Shown here piece after piece: positions 11,201-24,900 of a DNA stretch of 64,000 nucleotides (within the stretch, counting starts at the first letter, position 1; the number at the start of each line of letters is the position of its first letter). A model generated the notes under the pieces. The model saw nothing but the letters and a program-made list of their open reading frames with translations. It was not told where the DNA came from and searched no databases. The DNA comes from Eledone cirrhosa (Eukaryota). Where the stretch lies: contig OZ024742.1 in the NCBI GenBank assembly GCA_964016885.1, forward strand, positions 135,222,001-135,286,000. The letters run 5' to 3'. The translations under genes and the position numbers were made by a program.

Positions 11201-12829
11201 AGTGTTGTTACTGGTAGTAAGTGTGGTGATGTAGAGGTAGTGATGGTGGTGTCATGTTGTTAATGGTAGTAGGAGTGGTGAGGTAGAGGTGGTGGTGTAG
11301 TGTTGTTACTGGTAGTAGGAGTGGTGAGGTAGAGGTAGTGATGGTGGTGTAGTGTTGTTACTGGTAGTAAGTGGGTGAGGTAGAGGTAGTGATGGTGGTG
11401 TAGTGTTGTTACTGGTAGTAAGTGTGGTGAGATAGAGGTAGTGATGGTGGTGTAGTGTTGTTACTGGTAGTAGGAGTGGTGAGGTAGAGGTGGTGGTGTA
11501 GTGTTGTTACTGGTAGTAGGAGTGGTGAGGTAGAGGTAGTGATGGTGGTGTAGTGTTGTTACTAGTAGTAAGTGTGGTGAGGTAGAGGTAATGATGGTGG
11601 TGTAGTGTTGTTACTGGTAGTAGGAGTGGTGAGGTAGAGATGGTGGTGTAGTGTTGTTACTGGTAGTAGGAGTGGTGAGGTAGAGGTAGTGATGGTGGTG
11701 TAGTGCTGTTACTGGTAGTAGGAGTGGTGAGGTAGAGATGGTGGTGTAGTGTTGTTACTGGTAGTAGGAGTGGTGAGGTAGAGGTAGTGATGGTGGTGTA
11801 GTGTTGTTACTGGTAGTAGGAGTGGTGAGGTAGAGATGGTGGTGTAGTGTTGTTACTGGTAGTAGGAGTGGTGAGGTCGAGGTAGTGATGGTGGTGTAGT
11901 GTTGTTACTGGTAGTAGGAGTGGTGAGGTAGAGGTAGTGATGGTGGTGTAGTGTTGTTACTGGTAGTAAGTGTGGTGAGGTAGAGGTAGTGATGTTGTTA
12001 CTGGTAGTAGGTGTGGTGAGGTATAGGTAGTGATGGTGGTGTAGTGTTGTTACTGGTAGTAAGTGTGGTGAGGTAGAGGTAGCGATGGTAGTGTAGTGTT
12101 GTTACTGGTAGTAAGTGTGGTGAGGTAGAGGTAGTCATGGTGGTGTAGTGTTGTTACTGGTAGTAAGTTTGGTGAGGTAGAGGTAGTGATGGTGGTATAG
12201 TGTTGTTACTGGTAGTAAGTGTGGTGAGGTAGAGGTAGTGATGGTGGTGTAGTGTTGTTACTGGTAGTAAGTGTGGTTAGGTAGAGGTAGTGATGGTGCT
12301 GTAGTGATGGTGGTGTAGTGTTGTTACTGGTAGTAAGAATGGTGAGGTAGAGGTAGTGATGGTGGTGTAGTGATGGTGGTGTAGTGTTGTTACTGGTAGT
12401 AAGAATGGTGAGGTAGAGGTAGTGATGGTGGTGTAGTGATGGTGGTGTAGTGTTGTTACTGGTAGTAAGTGTGGTGAGGTAGAGGTAGTGATGGTGGTGT
12501 AGTGTTGTTACTGGTAGTAAGTGTGGTGAGGTAGAGGTAGTGATGGTGGTGTAGTGTTGTTACTGGTAGTAAGAATGGTGAGGTAGAGGTGGTGATGGTG
12601 GTGTAGTGTTGTTACTGGTAGTAAGAATGGTGAGGTAGAGGTAGTGATGGTGGTGTAGTGATGGTGGTGTAGTGTTGTTACTGGTAGTAAGTGTGGTGAG
12701 GTAGAGGTAGTGATGGTGGTGTAGTGTTGTTACTGGTAGTAAGTGTGGTGAGGTAGAGGTAGTGATGGTGGTGTAGTGTTGTTACTTGTAGTAGGATTGG
12801 TGAGGTAGAGGTAGTGATGGTGGTGTAGT

Positions 12830-15800
12830 GTTGTTAGTGGTAGTAAGTGTGGTGAGGTAGAGGTAGTGGTGGTGGTGTAGTGTTGTTACTGGTAGTAAGT
12901 GTGGCAAGGTAGAGGTAGTGATGGTGGTGTAGTGCTGTTACTGGTAGTAAGTGTGGTGAGGTAGAGGTAGTGATGGTGGTATAGTGTTGTTACTGGTAGT
13001 AAGTGTGGTGATGTAGAGGTAGTGATGGTGGTGTAGTGTTGTTACTGGTAGTAAGTGTGGTGAGGTATAGGTAGTGATGGTGTTGTAGTGTTGTTACTGG
13101 TAGTAAGAGTGGTGAGGTAGTGGTAGTGATGGTGGTGTAGTGATGGTGGTGTAGTGTTCTTACTGGTAGTATGTGTAGTGAGGTAGAGGTAGTGATGGTG
13201 GTGTAGTGTTGTTACTGGTAGTAAGTGTGGTTAGGTAGAGGTAGTGATGGTGGTGTAGTGTTGTAACTGGTAGTAAGTGTGGTGAGGTAGAGGTAGTGAT
13301 GGTGGTGTAGTGTTGTTACTGGTAGTAAGTGTGGTGAGGTAGAGGTAGTGATGGTGGTGTAATGTTGTTACTGGTAGTAAGTGTGGTGAGGTAGAGGTAG
13401 TGATGGTGGTGTAGTGTTGTTACTGGTAGTAAGTGTGGTGAGGTAGAGGTAGTGATGGTGGTGTAGTGTTGTTACTGGTAGTAAGTGTGGTGAGGTAGAG
13501 GTAGTGATGGTGGTGTAGTGTTGTTACTGGTAGTAGGAGTGGTGAGGTAGAGATGGTGGTGTAGTGTTGTTACTGGTAGTAGGAGTGGTGAGGTAGAGGT
13601 AGTGATGGTGGTGTAGTGTTGTTACTGGTAGTAGGAGTGGTGAGGTAGAGATGGTGGTGTAGTGTTGTTACTGGTAGTAGGGAGTGGTGAGGTAGAGGTA
13701 GTGATGGTGGTGTAGTGTTGTTACTGGTAGTAGGAGTGGTGAGGTAGAGATGGTGGTGTAGTGTTATTACTGGTAGTAGGAGTGGTGAGGTAGAGGTAGT
13801 GATGGTGGTGTAGTGTTGTTACTGGTAGTAAGTGTGGTGAGGTAGAGGTAGTGATGTTGTTACTGGTAGTTATTGTGGTGAGGTATAGGTAGTGATGGTG
13901 GTGTAGTGTTGTTACTGGTGGTAAGTGTGGTGAGGTAGAGGTAGCGATGGTGGTGTAGTGTTGTTACTGGTGGTAAGTGTGGTGAGGTAGAGGTAGCGAT
14001 GGTGGTGTAGTGTTGTTACTGGTAGTAAGTGTGGCGAGGTAGAGGTAGTCATGGTGGTGTAGTGTTGTTACTGGTAGTAAGTGTGGTGAGGTAGAGGTTG
14101 TGATGGTGGTATAGTGTTGTTACTGGTAGTAAGTGTGGTGAGGTAGAGGTAGTGATGGTGGTGTAGTGTTGTTACTGGTAGTAAGTGTGGTTAGGTAGAG
14201 GTAGTGATGGTGCTGTAGTCATGATGGTGTAGTGTTGTTACTGGTAGTAAGAATGGTGAGGTAGAGGTAGTGATGGTGGTGTAGTGATGTTGGTGTAGTG
14301 TTGTTACTGGTAGTAAGCGTGGTGAGGTAGAGGTAGTGATGGTGGAGTAGTGTTGTTACTGGTAGTAAGAATGGTGAGGTAGAGGTAGTGATGGTGGTGT
14401 AGTGATGGTGGTGTAGTGTTGTTACTGGTAGTAAGTGTGGTGAGGTAGAGGTAGTGATGGTGGTGTAGTGTTGTTACTGGTAGTAAGTGTGGTGAGGTAG
14501 AGGTAGTGATGGTGGTGTAGTGTTGTTACTGGTAGTAAGAGTGGTGAGGTAGAGGTAGTGATGGTGGTGTAGTGTTGTTACTGGTAGTAGGATTGGTGAG
14601 GTAGAGGTAGTGATGGTGGTGTAGTGTTGTTACTGGTAGTAAGTCTGGTGAGGTAGAGGTAGTGATGGTGTTGTAGTGTTGTTACTGGTAGTAAGAGTGG
14701 TGAGGTAGTGGTAGTGATGGTGGTGTAGTGATGGTGGTGTAGTGTTCTTACTGGTAGTATGTGTAGTGAGGTAGAGGTAGTGATGGTGGTGTAGTGTTGT
14801 TACTGGTAGTAAGAGTGGTGAGGTAGAGGTAGTGATGGTGGTGTAGTGTTGTTACTGGTAGTAAGTGTGGTGAGGTAGAGGTAGTGATGGTGTTGTCATG
14901 TTGTTACTGGTAGTAGGAGTGGTGAGGTAGAGGTGGTGGTGTAGTGTTGTTACTGGTAGTAAGTGTGGTGAGGTAGAGGTAGTGATGATGGTGTAGTGTT
15001 GTTACTGGTAGTAAGTGTGGTGAGGTAGAGGTAGTGATGGTGGTGTAGTGTTGTTACTGGTAGTAAGAGTGGTGAGGTAGAGGTAGTGATGGTGGTGTAG
15101 TGTTGTTACTGGTAGTAAGTGTGGTGAGGTAGAGGTAGTGATGGTGGTGTAGTGTTGTTACTGGTAGTAAGTGTGGTGAGGTAGAGGTAGTGATGGTGGT
15201 GTAGTGTTGTTACTGGTAGTAAGTGTGGTGAGGTAGAGGTAGTGATGGTGTTGTCATGTTGTTACTGGTAGTAGGAGTGGTGAGGTAGTGATGGTGGTGT
15301 AGTGTTGTTACTGGTAGTAGGAGTGGTGAGGTAGAGATGGGGTGTAGTGTTTTTACTGGTAGTAGGAGTGGTGAGGTAGAGGTAGTGATGGTGGTGTAGT
15401 GTTGTTACTGGTAGTAGGAGTGGTGAGGTAGAGATGGTGGTGTAGTATTGTTACTGGTAGTAGGAGTGGTGAGGTAGAGATGGGGTGTAGTGTTTTTACT
15501 GGTAGTAGGAGTGGTGAGGTAGAGGTAGTGATGGTGGTGTAGTGTTGTTACTGGTAGTAAGTGTGGTGAGGTAGAGGTAGCGATGGTGGTGTAGTGTTGT
15601 TACTGGTAGTAAGTGTGGTGAGGTAGAGTTAGCGATGGTGGTGTAGTGTTGTTACTGGTAGTAAGTGTGGTAAGGTAGAGGTAGTCATGGTGGTGTAGTG
15701 TTGTTACTGGTAGTAAGTGTGGTGAGGTAGAGGTAGTGATTGTGGTATAGTGTTGTTACTGGTAGTAAGTGTGGTGAGGTAGAGGTAGTGATGGTGGTGT

Positions 15801-18800
15801 AGTGTTGTTACTGGTAGTAAGTGTGGTTAGGTAGAGGTAGTGATGGTGGTGTAGTGATGGTGGTGTAGTGTTGTTACTGGTAGTAAGAATGGTGAGGTAG
15901 AGGTAGTGATGGTGGTGTAGTGATGGTGGTGTAGTGTTGTTACTGGTAGTAAGAATGGTGAGGTAGAGGTAGTGATGGTGGTGTAGTGTTGTTACTGGTA
16001 GTAAGAATGGTGAGGTAGAGGTAGTGATGGTGGTGTAGTGATGGTGGTGTAGTGTTGTTACTGGTAGTAAGTGTGGTGAGGTAGAGGGGGTGATGGTGGT
16101 GTAGTGTTGTTACTGGTAGTAAGTGTGGTGAGGTAGAGGTAGTGATGGTGGTGTAGTGTTGTTACTGGTAGTAAGAGTGGTGAGGTAGAGGTAGTGATGG
16201 TGGTATAGTGTTGTTACTGGTAGTGAGTGTGGTGAAGTAGAGGTAGTGATGGTGGTGTAGTGTTGTTACTGGTAGTAAGTGTGGTGAGGTAGAGGTAGTG
16301 ATGGTGGTGTAGTGTTGTTACTGGGAGTAGGAGTGGTGAGGTAGAAATAGTGATGGTGGTGTAGTGTTGTTACTGGTAGTAAGTGTGGTGAGTTAGAGGT
16401 AGTGATGGTGGTGTAGTCTTGTTACTGGTAGTAAGAGTGGTGAGGTAGAGGTAGTGATGGTGGTGTAGTGTTGTTACTGGTAGTAAGAGTGGTGAGGTAG
16501 AGGTAGTGATGGTGGTGTTGTGTTGTTACTGGTAGTAAGAGTGGTGAGGTAGAGGTAGTGATGGTGGTGTAGTGTTGTTACTGGTAGTAAGTGTGGTGAG
16601 GTAGAGGTAGTGATGGTGGTGTAGTGTTGTTACTGGTAGTAAGTGTGGTGAGGTAGAGGTAGTGATGGTGGTGTAGTGTTGTTAGTGGTAGTAAGTGTGG
16701 TGAGGTAGAGGTAGTGGTGGTGGTGTAGTGTTGTTACTGGTAGTAAGTGTGGCAAGGTAGAGGTAGTGATGGTGGTGTAGTGCTGTTACTGGTAGTAAGT
16801 GTGGTGAGGTAGAGGTAGTGATGGTGGTATAGTGTTGTTACTGGTAGTAAGTGTGGTGAGGTATAGGTAGTGATGGTGTTGTAGTGTTGTTACTGGTAGT
16901 AAGAGTGGTGAGGTAGTGGTAGTGATGGTGGTGTAGTGATGGTGGTGTAGTGTTCTTACTGGTAGTATGTGTAGTGAGGTAGAGGTAGTGATGGGGGTGT
17001 AGTGTTGTTACTGGTAGTAAGTGTGGTTAGGTAGAGGTAGTGATGGTGGTGTAGTGTTGTAACTGGTAGTAAGTGTGGTGAGGTAGAGGTAGTGATGGTG
17101 GTGTAGTGTTGTTACTGGTAGTAAGTGTGGTGAGGTAGAGGTAGTGATGGTGGTGTAATGTTGTTACTGGTAGTAAGTGTGGTGAGGTAGAGGTAGTGAT
17201 GGTGGTGTAGTGTTGTTACTGGTAGTAAGTGTGGTGAGGTAGAGGTAGTGATGGTGGTGTAGTGTTGTTACTGGTAGTAAGTGTGGTGAGGTAGAGGTAG
17301 TGATGGTGGTGTAGTGTTGTTACTGGTAGTAGGAGTGGTGAGGTAGAGATGGTGGTGTAGTGTTGTTACTGGTAGTAGGAGTGGTGAGGTAGAGGTAGTG
17401 ATGGTGGTGTAGTGTTGTTACTGGTAGTAAGTGTGGTGAGGTAGAGGTAGTGATGGTGGTGTAGTGTTGTTACTGGTAGTAGGAGTGGTGAGGTAGAGAT
17501 GGTGGTGTAGTGTTGTTACTGGTAGTAGGAGTGGTGAGGTAGAGGTAGTGATGGTGGTGTAGTGTTGTTACTGGTAGTAAGTGTGGTGAGGTAGAGGTAG
17601 TGATTGTGGTGTAGTGTTGTTACTGGTAGTAAGTGTGGTGAGGTAGAGGTAGTGATGGTGGTGTAGTGTTGTTACTGGTAGTAGGAGTGGTGAGGTAGAG
17701 ATGGTGGTGTAGTGTTGTTACTGGTAGTAGGAGTGGTGAGGTAGAGGTAGTGATGGTGGTGTAGTGCTGTTACTGGTAGTAGGAGTGGTGAGGTAGAAAT
17801 GGTGGTGTAGTGTTGTTACTGGTAGTAGGAGTGGTGAGGTAGAGGTAGTGATGGTGGTGTAGTGTTGTTACTGGTAGTAGGAGTGGTGAGGTAGAGATGG
17901 TGGTGTAGTGTTGTTACTGGTAGTAGGAGTGGTGAGGTAGAGGTAGTGATGGTGGTGTAGTGTTGTTACTAGTAGTAGGAGTGGTGAGGTAGAGATGGTG
18001 GTGTAGTGTTATTACTGGTAGTAGGAGTGGTGAGGTAGAGGTAGTGATGGTGGTGTAGTGTTGTTACTGCTAGTAAGTGTGGTGAGGTAGAGGTAGTGAT
18101 GTTGTTACTGGTAGTTATTGTGGTGAGGTATAGGTAGTGATGGTGGTGTAGTGTTGTTACTGGTGGTAAGTGTGGTGAGGTAGAGGTAGCGATGGTGGTG
18201 TAGTGTTGTTACTGGTAGTAAGTGTGGTGAGGTAGAGGTAGCGATGGTGGTGTAGTGTTGTTACTGGTAGTAAGTGTGGTGAGGTAGAGGTAGTCATGGT
18301 GGTGTAGTGTTGTTACTGGTAGTAAGTGTGGTGAGGTAGAGGTAGTGATGGTGGTATAGTGTTGTTACTGGTAGTAAGTGTGGTGAGGTAGAGGTAGTGA
18401 TGGTGGTGTAGTGTTGTTACTGGTAGTAAGTGTGGTTAGGTAGAGGTAGTGATGGTGCTGTAGTCATGATGGTGTAGTGTTGTTACTGGTAGTAAGAATG
18501 GTGAGGTAGAGGTAGTGATGGTGGTGTAGTGATGTTGGTGTAGTGTTGTTACTGGTAGTAAGCGTGGTGAGGTAGAGGTAGTGATGGTGGAGTAGTGTTG
18601 TTACTGGTAGTAAGAATGGTGAGGTAGAGGTAGTGATGGTGGTGTAGTGATGGTGGTGTAGTGTTGTTACTGGTAGTAAGTGTGGTGAGGTAGAGGTAGT
18701 GATGGTGGTGTAGTGTTGTTACTGGTAGTAAGTGTGGTGAGGTAGAGGTAGTGATGGTGGTGTAGTGTTGTTACTGGTAGTAAGAGTGGTGAGGTAGAGG

Positions 18801-18870
18801 TAGTGATGGTGGTGTAGTGTTGTTACTGGTAGTAGGATTGGTGAGGTAGAGGTAGTGATGGTGGTGTAGT
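12830..18870. repeat. Dispersed duplication: ~12830-14620 repeated at ~16680-18870
   Basis: Shared rare variants TTGTAACTGG (A13265/A17061), GTTATTGTGG, GTAGTCATGATGG, AAGCGTGG (C14318/C18563) and GGTGGAGTAG. The offset grows from 3796 to 4245 through a longer dimer run in the second copy. Confidence 0.85.
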
Positions 18871-21800
18871 GTTGTTACTGGTAGTAAGTGTGGCAAGGTA
18901 GAGGTAGTGATGGTGGTGTAGTGCTGTTACTGGTAGTAATTTTGTTGAGGTAGAGGTAGTGATGGTGTTGTAGTGTTGTTACTGGTAGTAAGTGTGGTGA
19001 GGTATAGGTAGTGATGGTGTTGTAGTGTTGTTACTGGTAGTAAGAGTGGTGAGGTAGTGGTAGTGATGGTGGTGTAGTGATGGTGGTGTAGTGTTCTTAC
19101 TGGTAGTATGTGTAGTGAGGTAGAGGTAGTGATGGTGGTGTAGTGTTGTTACTGGTAGTAAGTGTGGTGAGGTAGAGGAAGTGATGGTGGTGAAGTGTTG
19201 TTACTGGTAGTAAGTGTGGTGAGGTAGAGGTAGTGATGGTGGTGTAGTGTTGTTACTGGTAGTAGGAGTGGTGAGGTAGAGGTTGTGATGGTGGTGTAGT
19301 GTTGTTACTGGTAGTAAGTGTGGTGAGGTAGAGGTAGTGATGATGGTGTAGTGTTGTTACTGGTAGTAAGTGTGGTGAGGTAGAGGTAGTGATGGTGGTG
19401 TAGTGTTGTTACTGGTAGTAAGAGTGGTGAGGTAGAAGTAGTGATGGTGGTGTAGTGTTGTTACTGGTAGTAGGTGTGGTGAGGTAGAGGTAGTGATGGT
19501 GGTGTAGTGTTGTTACTGGTAGTAAGTGTGGTTAGGTAGAGGTAGTGATGGTGGTGTAGTGTTGTTACTGGTAGTAAGAGTGGTGAGGTAGAGGTAGTGA
19601 TGGTGGTGTAGTGTTGTTACTGGTAGTAAGTGTGGTGAGGTAGAGGTAGTGATGGTGGTGTAGTGTTGTTACTGGTAGTAAGTGTGGTGAGGTAGAGGTA
19701 GTGATGATGGTGTAGTGTTGTTACTGGTAGTAAGTGTGGTGAGGTAGAGGTAGTGATGGTGGTGTAGTGTTGTTACTGGTAGTAAGAGTGGTGAGGTAGA
19801 GGTAGTGATGGTGGTGTAGTGTTGTTACTGGTAGTAAGTGTGGTGAGGTATAGGTAGTGATGGTGTTGTAGTGTTGTTACTGGTAGTAAGAGTGGTGAGG
19901 TAGTGGTAGTGATGGTGGTGTAGTGATGGTGGTGTAGTGTTCTTACTGGTAGTATGTGTAGTGAGGTAGAGGTAGTGATGGTGGTGTAGTGTTGTTACTG
20001 GTAGTAAGTGTGGTGAGGTAGAGGAAGTGATGGTGGTGAAGTGTTGTTACTGGTAGTAAGTGTGGTGAGGTAGAGGTAGTGATGGTGGTGTAGTGTTGTT
20101 ACTGGTAGTAGGAGTGGTGAGGTAGAGGTTGTGATGGTGGTGTAGTGTTGTTACTGGTAGTAAGTGTGGTGAGGTAGAGGTAGTGATGATGGTGTAGTGT
20201 TGTTACTGGTAGTAAGTGTGGTGAGGTAGAGGTAGTGATGGTGGTGTAGTGTTGTTACTGGTAGTAAGAGTGGTGAGGTAGAAGTAGTGATGGTGGTGTA
20301 GTGTTGTTACTGGTAGTAGGTGTGGTGAGGTAGAGGTAGTGATGGTGGTGTAGTGTTGTTACTGGTAGTAAGTGTGGTTAGGTAGAGGTAGTGATGGTGG
20401 TGTAGTGTTGTTACTGGTAGTAAGAGTGGTGAGGTAGAGGTAGTGATGGTGGTGTAGTGTTGTTACTGGTAGTAAGTGTGGTGAGGTAGAGGTAGTGATG
20501 GTGGTGTAGTGTTGTTACTGGTAGTAAGTGTGGTGAGGTAGAGGTAGTGATGATGGTGTAGTGTTGTTACTGGTAGTAAGTGTGGTGAGGTAGAGGTAGT
20601 GATGGTGGTGTAGTGTTGTTACTGGTAGTAAGAGTGGTGAGGTAGAGGTAGTGATGGTGGTGTAGTGTTGTTACTGGTAGTAAGTGTGGTGAGGTAGAGG
20701 TAGTGATGGTGGTGTAGTGTTGTTACTGGTAGTAAGTGTGGTGAGGTAGAGGTAGTGATGGTGGTGTAGTGTTGTTACTGGTAGTAAGTGTGGTGAGGTA
20801 GAGGTAGTGATGGTGTTGTCATGTTGTTACTGGTAGTAGGAGTGGTGAGGTAGTGATGGTGGTGTAGTGTTGTTACTGGTAGTAGGAGTGGTGAGGTAGA
20901 GATGGGGTGTAGTGTTTTTACTGGTAGTAGGAGTGGTGAGGTAGAGGTAGTGATGGTGGTGTAGTGTTGTTACTGGTAGTAGGAGTGGTGAGGTAGAGAT
21001 GGTGGTGTAGTGTTGTTACTGGTAGTAGGAGTGGTGAGGTAGAGGTAGTGATGGTGGTGTAGTGTTGTTACTGGTAGTAAGTGTGGTGAGGTAGAGGTAG
21101 TGATGTTGTTACTGGTAGTAGGTGTGGTGAGGTATAGGTAGTGATGGTGGTGTAGTGTTGTTACTGGTAGTAAGTGTGGTGAGGTAGAGGTAGCGATGGT
21201 GGTGTAGTGTTGTTACTGGTAGTAAGTGTGGTGAGGTAGAGGTAGCGATGGTGGTGTAGTGTTGTTACTGGTAGTAAGTGTGGTAAGGTAGAGGTAGTGA
21301 TGGTGGTGTAGTGTTGTTACTGGTAGTAAGTGTGGTGAGGTAGAGGTAGTGATTGTGGTATAGTGTTGTTACTGGTAGTAAGTGTGGTGAGGTAGAGGTA
21401 GTGATGGTGGTGTAGTGTTGTTACTGGTAGTAAGTGTGGTTAGGTAGAGGTAGTGATGGTGGTGTAGTGATGGTGGTGTAGTGTTGTTACTGGTAGTAAG
21501 AATGGTGAGGTAGAGGTAGTGATGGTGGTGTAGTGATGGTGGTGTAGTGTTGTTACTGGTAGTAAGAATGGTGAGGTAGAGGTAGTGATGGTGGTGTAGT
21601 GTTGTTACTGGTAGTAAGAATGGTGAGGTAGAGGTAGTGATGGTGGTGTAGTGATGGTGGTGTAGTGTTGTTACTGGTAGTAAGTGTGGTGAGGTAGAGG
21701 GAGTGATGGTGGTGTAGTGTTGTTACTGGTAGTAAGTGTGGTGAGGTAGAGGGAGTGATGGTGGTGTAGTGTTGTTACTGGTAGTAAGTGTGGTGAGGTA

Positions 21801-21930
21801 GAGGTAGTGATGGTGGTGTAGTGTTGTTACTGGTAGTAAGAGTGGTGAGGTAGAGGTAGTGATGGTGGTATAGTGTTGTTACTGGTAGTGAGTGTGGTGA
21901 AGTAGAGGTAGTGATGGTGGTGTAGTGTTG
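14850..21930. repeat. Dispersed duplication: ~14850-16270 repeated at ~20480-21930
   Basis: Shared GTGTTGTCATG, the 45-bp unit GAGATGGGGTGTAGTGTTTTTACT (15336/20901), GATTGTGGTATAG and GTAGTGAGTGTGGTGAAG, in the same order. Confidence 0.8.
18990..20680. repeat. 846-bp tandem duplication (16 monomers, one of them the 66-bp type)
   Basis: GAGGAAGTGATGGTGGTGAAG starts at 19175 and 20021 (offset 846 = 16x52+14). Neighbouring variants TTCTTACT, AGGTTGTG, GTAGAAG and GGTTAGG are in register. Confidence 0.9.
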
Positions 21931-24900
21931 TTACTGGTAGTATGTGTGGTGAGGTAGAGGTAGCGATGGTGGTGTAGTGTTGTTACTGGTAGTATGTGTG
22001 GTGAGGTAGAGGTAGCGATGGTGGTGTAGTGTTGTTACTGGTAGTAAGAGTGGTGAGGTAGAGGTAGTGATGGTGGTGTTGTGTTGTTACTGGTAGTAAG
22101 AGTGGTGAGGTAGAGGTAGTGATGGTGGTGTAGTGTTGTTACTGGTAGTAAGTGTGGTGAGGTAGAGGTTGTGATGGTGGTGTAGTGTTGTTACTGGTAG
22201 TAAGTGTGGTGAGGTAGAGGTAGTGATGGTGGTGTAGTGTTTTTACTGGTAGTAAGTGTGGTGAGGTAGAGGTTGTGATGGTGGTGTAGTGTTGTTACTG
22301 GTAGTAAGTGTGGTGAGGTAGAGGTAGTGATGGTGGTGTAGTGTTGTTACTGGTAGTAGGTGTGGTGAGGTAGAGGTAGTGATGGTGGTGTAGTGTTGTT
22401 ACTGGTAGTAAGTGTGGTGAGGTAGAGGTAGTTATGGTGGTGTAGTGTTGTTACTGGTAGTAAGAGTGTTGAGGTAGATGTAGTGATGATGGTGTAGTGT
22501 TGTTACTAGTAGTAAGTGTGGTGAGATAGAGGTAGTGATGGTGGTGTAGTGTTGTTACTGGTAGTAAGAGTGTTGAGGTAGATGTAGTGATGATGGTGTA
22601 GTGTTGTTACTAGTAGTAAGTGTGGTGATGTAGAGGTAGAGGTGGTGGTGTAGTGTTGTTACTGGTAGTATGTGTGGTGAAGTAGAGGTAGTGATGGTGT
22701 TGTAGTTTTGTTACTGGTAGTAAGAGTGGTGAGGTAGAGGTAGTGATGGTGGCGTAGTGTTGTTACTGGTAGTATGTGTGGTGAGGTAGAGGTAGCGATG
22801 GTGGTGTAGTGTTGTTACTGGTAGTATGTGTGGTGAGGTAGAGGTAGCGATGGTGGTGTAGTGTTGTTACTGGTAGTAAGTGTGGTGAGGTAGGGGTAGT
22901 GATGGTGGTGTAGTGTTGTTACTGGTAGTAAGAGTGGTAAGGTAGAGCTAGAGATGGTGGTGTAGTGTTGTTACTGGTAGTAAGTGTGGTGAGGTAGAGG
23001 TAGTGATGGTGTTGTAGTTTTGTTACTGGTAGTAAGAGTGGTGAGGTAGAGGTAGCGATGGTGGTGTAGTGTTGTTACTGGTAGTATGTGTGGTGAGGTA
23101 GAGGTAGCGATGGTGGTGTAGTGTTGTTACTGGTAGTAAGTGTGGTGAGGTAGGAGTAGTGATGGTGGTGTAGTGTTGTTACTGGTAGTAAGTGTGGTGA
23201 GGTAGACGTAGTGATGGTGGTGTAGTGTTGTTACTGGTAGTAAGTGTGGTGAGGTAGAGGTAGTGATGGTGGTGTAGTGTTGTTACTGGTAGTAAGAGTG
23301 GTGAGGTAGAGCTAGTGATGGTGGTGTAGTTTTGTTACTGGTAGTAAGAGTGGTGAGATAGAGGTAGTGATGGTGTTGTAGTCTTGTTACTGGTAGTAAG
23401 AGTGGTTAGGTAGAGGTAGTGATGGTGGTGTAGTGATGGTGGTGTAGTGTTGTTACTGGTAGTAAGTGTGGTGAGGTAGAGGTAGTGATGGTGGTGTAGT
23501 GTTGTTACTGGTAGTAAGAGTGGTGAGGTAGAGGTAGTGATGGTGGTGTAGTGTTGTTACTGGTAGTAGGTGTGGTGGGGTAGATGTAGTGATGGTGGTG
23601 TAGTGTTGTTACTGGTAGTAGGAGTGGTGAGGTAGAGGTAGTGATGGTGGTGTAGTGATGGTGTTGTAGTGTTGTTACTCGTAGTAAGAATGGTGAGGTA
23701 GAGGTAGTGATGGTGGTGTAGTGTTGTTACTGGTAGTAAGTGTGGTGAGGTAGTGGTAGTGATGGTGGTGTAGTGTTGTTACTGGTAGTAAGTGTGGTGA
23801 GGTAGAGGTAGTGATGGTGGTGTAGTGTTGTTACTGGTAGTAGGTGTGGTGGGGTAGATGTAGTGATGGTGGTGTAGTGTTGTTACTGGTAGTAGGAGTG
23901 GTGAGGTAGAGGTAGTGATGGTGGTATAGTGTTGTTACTGGTAGTAAGTGTGGTGAAGTAGAGGTACTGATGGTGGTGTAGTGTTGTTACTGGGAGTAGG
24001 AGTGGTGAGGTAGAAGTAGTGATGGTGGTGTAGTGTTGTTACTGGTAGTAAGAGTGGTGAGGTAGAGGTAGTGATGGTGGTGTAGTGTTGTTACTGGTAG
24101 TAAGAGTGGTGATGTAGTGGTAGTGATGGTGGTGTAGTGTTGTTACTGGTAGTAAGTGTGGTGAGGTAGAGGTAGTTATGGTGGTGTAGTGTTGTTACTG
24201 GTAGTAAGTGTGGTGAGGTAGAGGTAGTGATGGTGGTGTAGTGTTGTTACTGTTAGTAGGTGTGGTGAGGTAGAGGTAGTGATGATGGTGTAGTGTTGTT
24301 ACTGGTAGTAAGTGTGGTAAGGTAGAGGTAGTGATGGTGGTGTAGTGTTGTTACTGGTAGTAAGTGTGGTGAGGTAGAGGTAGTGATGGTGGTGTAGTGT
24401 TGTTACTGGTAGTAAGTGTGGTGAGGTAGAGGTAGTGATGGTGGTGTAGTGTTGTTACTGGTAGTAAGAGTGGTGAGGTAGAGGTTGTGGTGGTGGTGTA
24501 GTGTTGTTACTGGTAGTAAGTGTGGTGAGGTAGAGGTAGTGATGGTGGTGTAGTGCTGTTACTGGTAGTAATTTTGTTGAGGTAGAGGTAGTGATGGTGG
24601 TGTAGTGTTGTTACTGGTAGTAAGTGTGGTGAGGTAGAGGTAGTGATGGTGGTGTAGTGTTGTTAGTGGTAGTAAGTGTGGTGAGATAGAGGTAGTGATG
24701 GTGGTGTAGTGTTGTTACTGGTAGTAAGAGTGGTGAGGTAGAGGTAGTGATGGTGGTGTAGTGTTGTTACTGGTAGTAAGAGTGGTGAGGTAGAGGTAGT
24801 GATGGTGGTGTAGTGTTGTTACTGGTAGTAAGTGTGGTGAGGTAGAGGTAGTGATGGTGGTGTAGTGTTGTTACTGGTAGTAAGTGTGGTGAGGTAGAGG

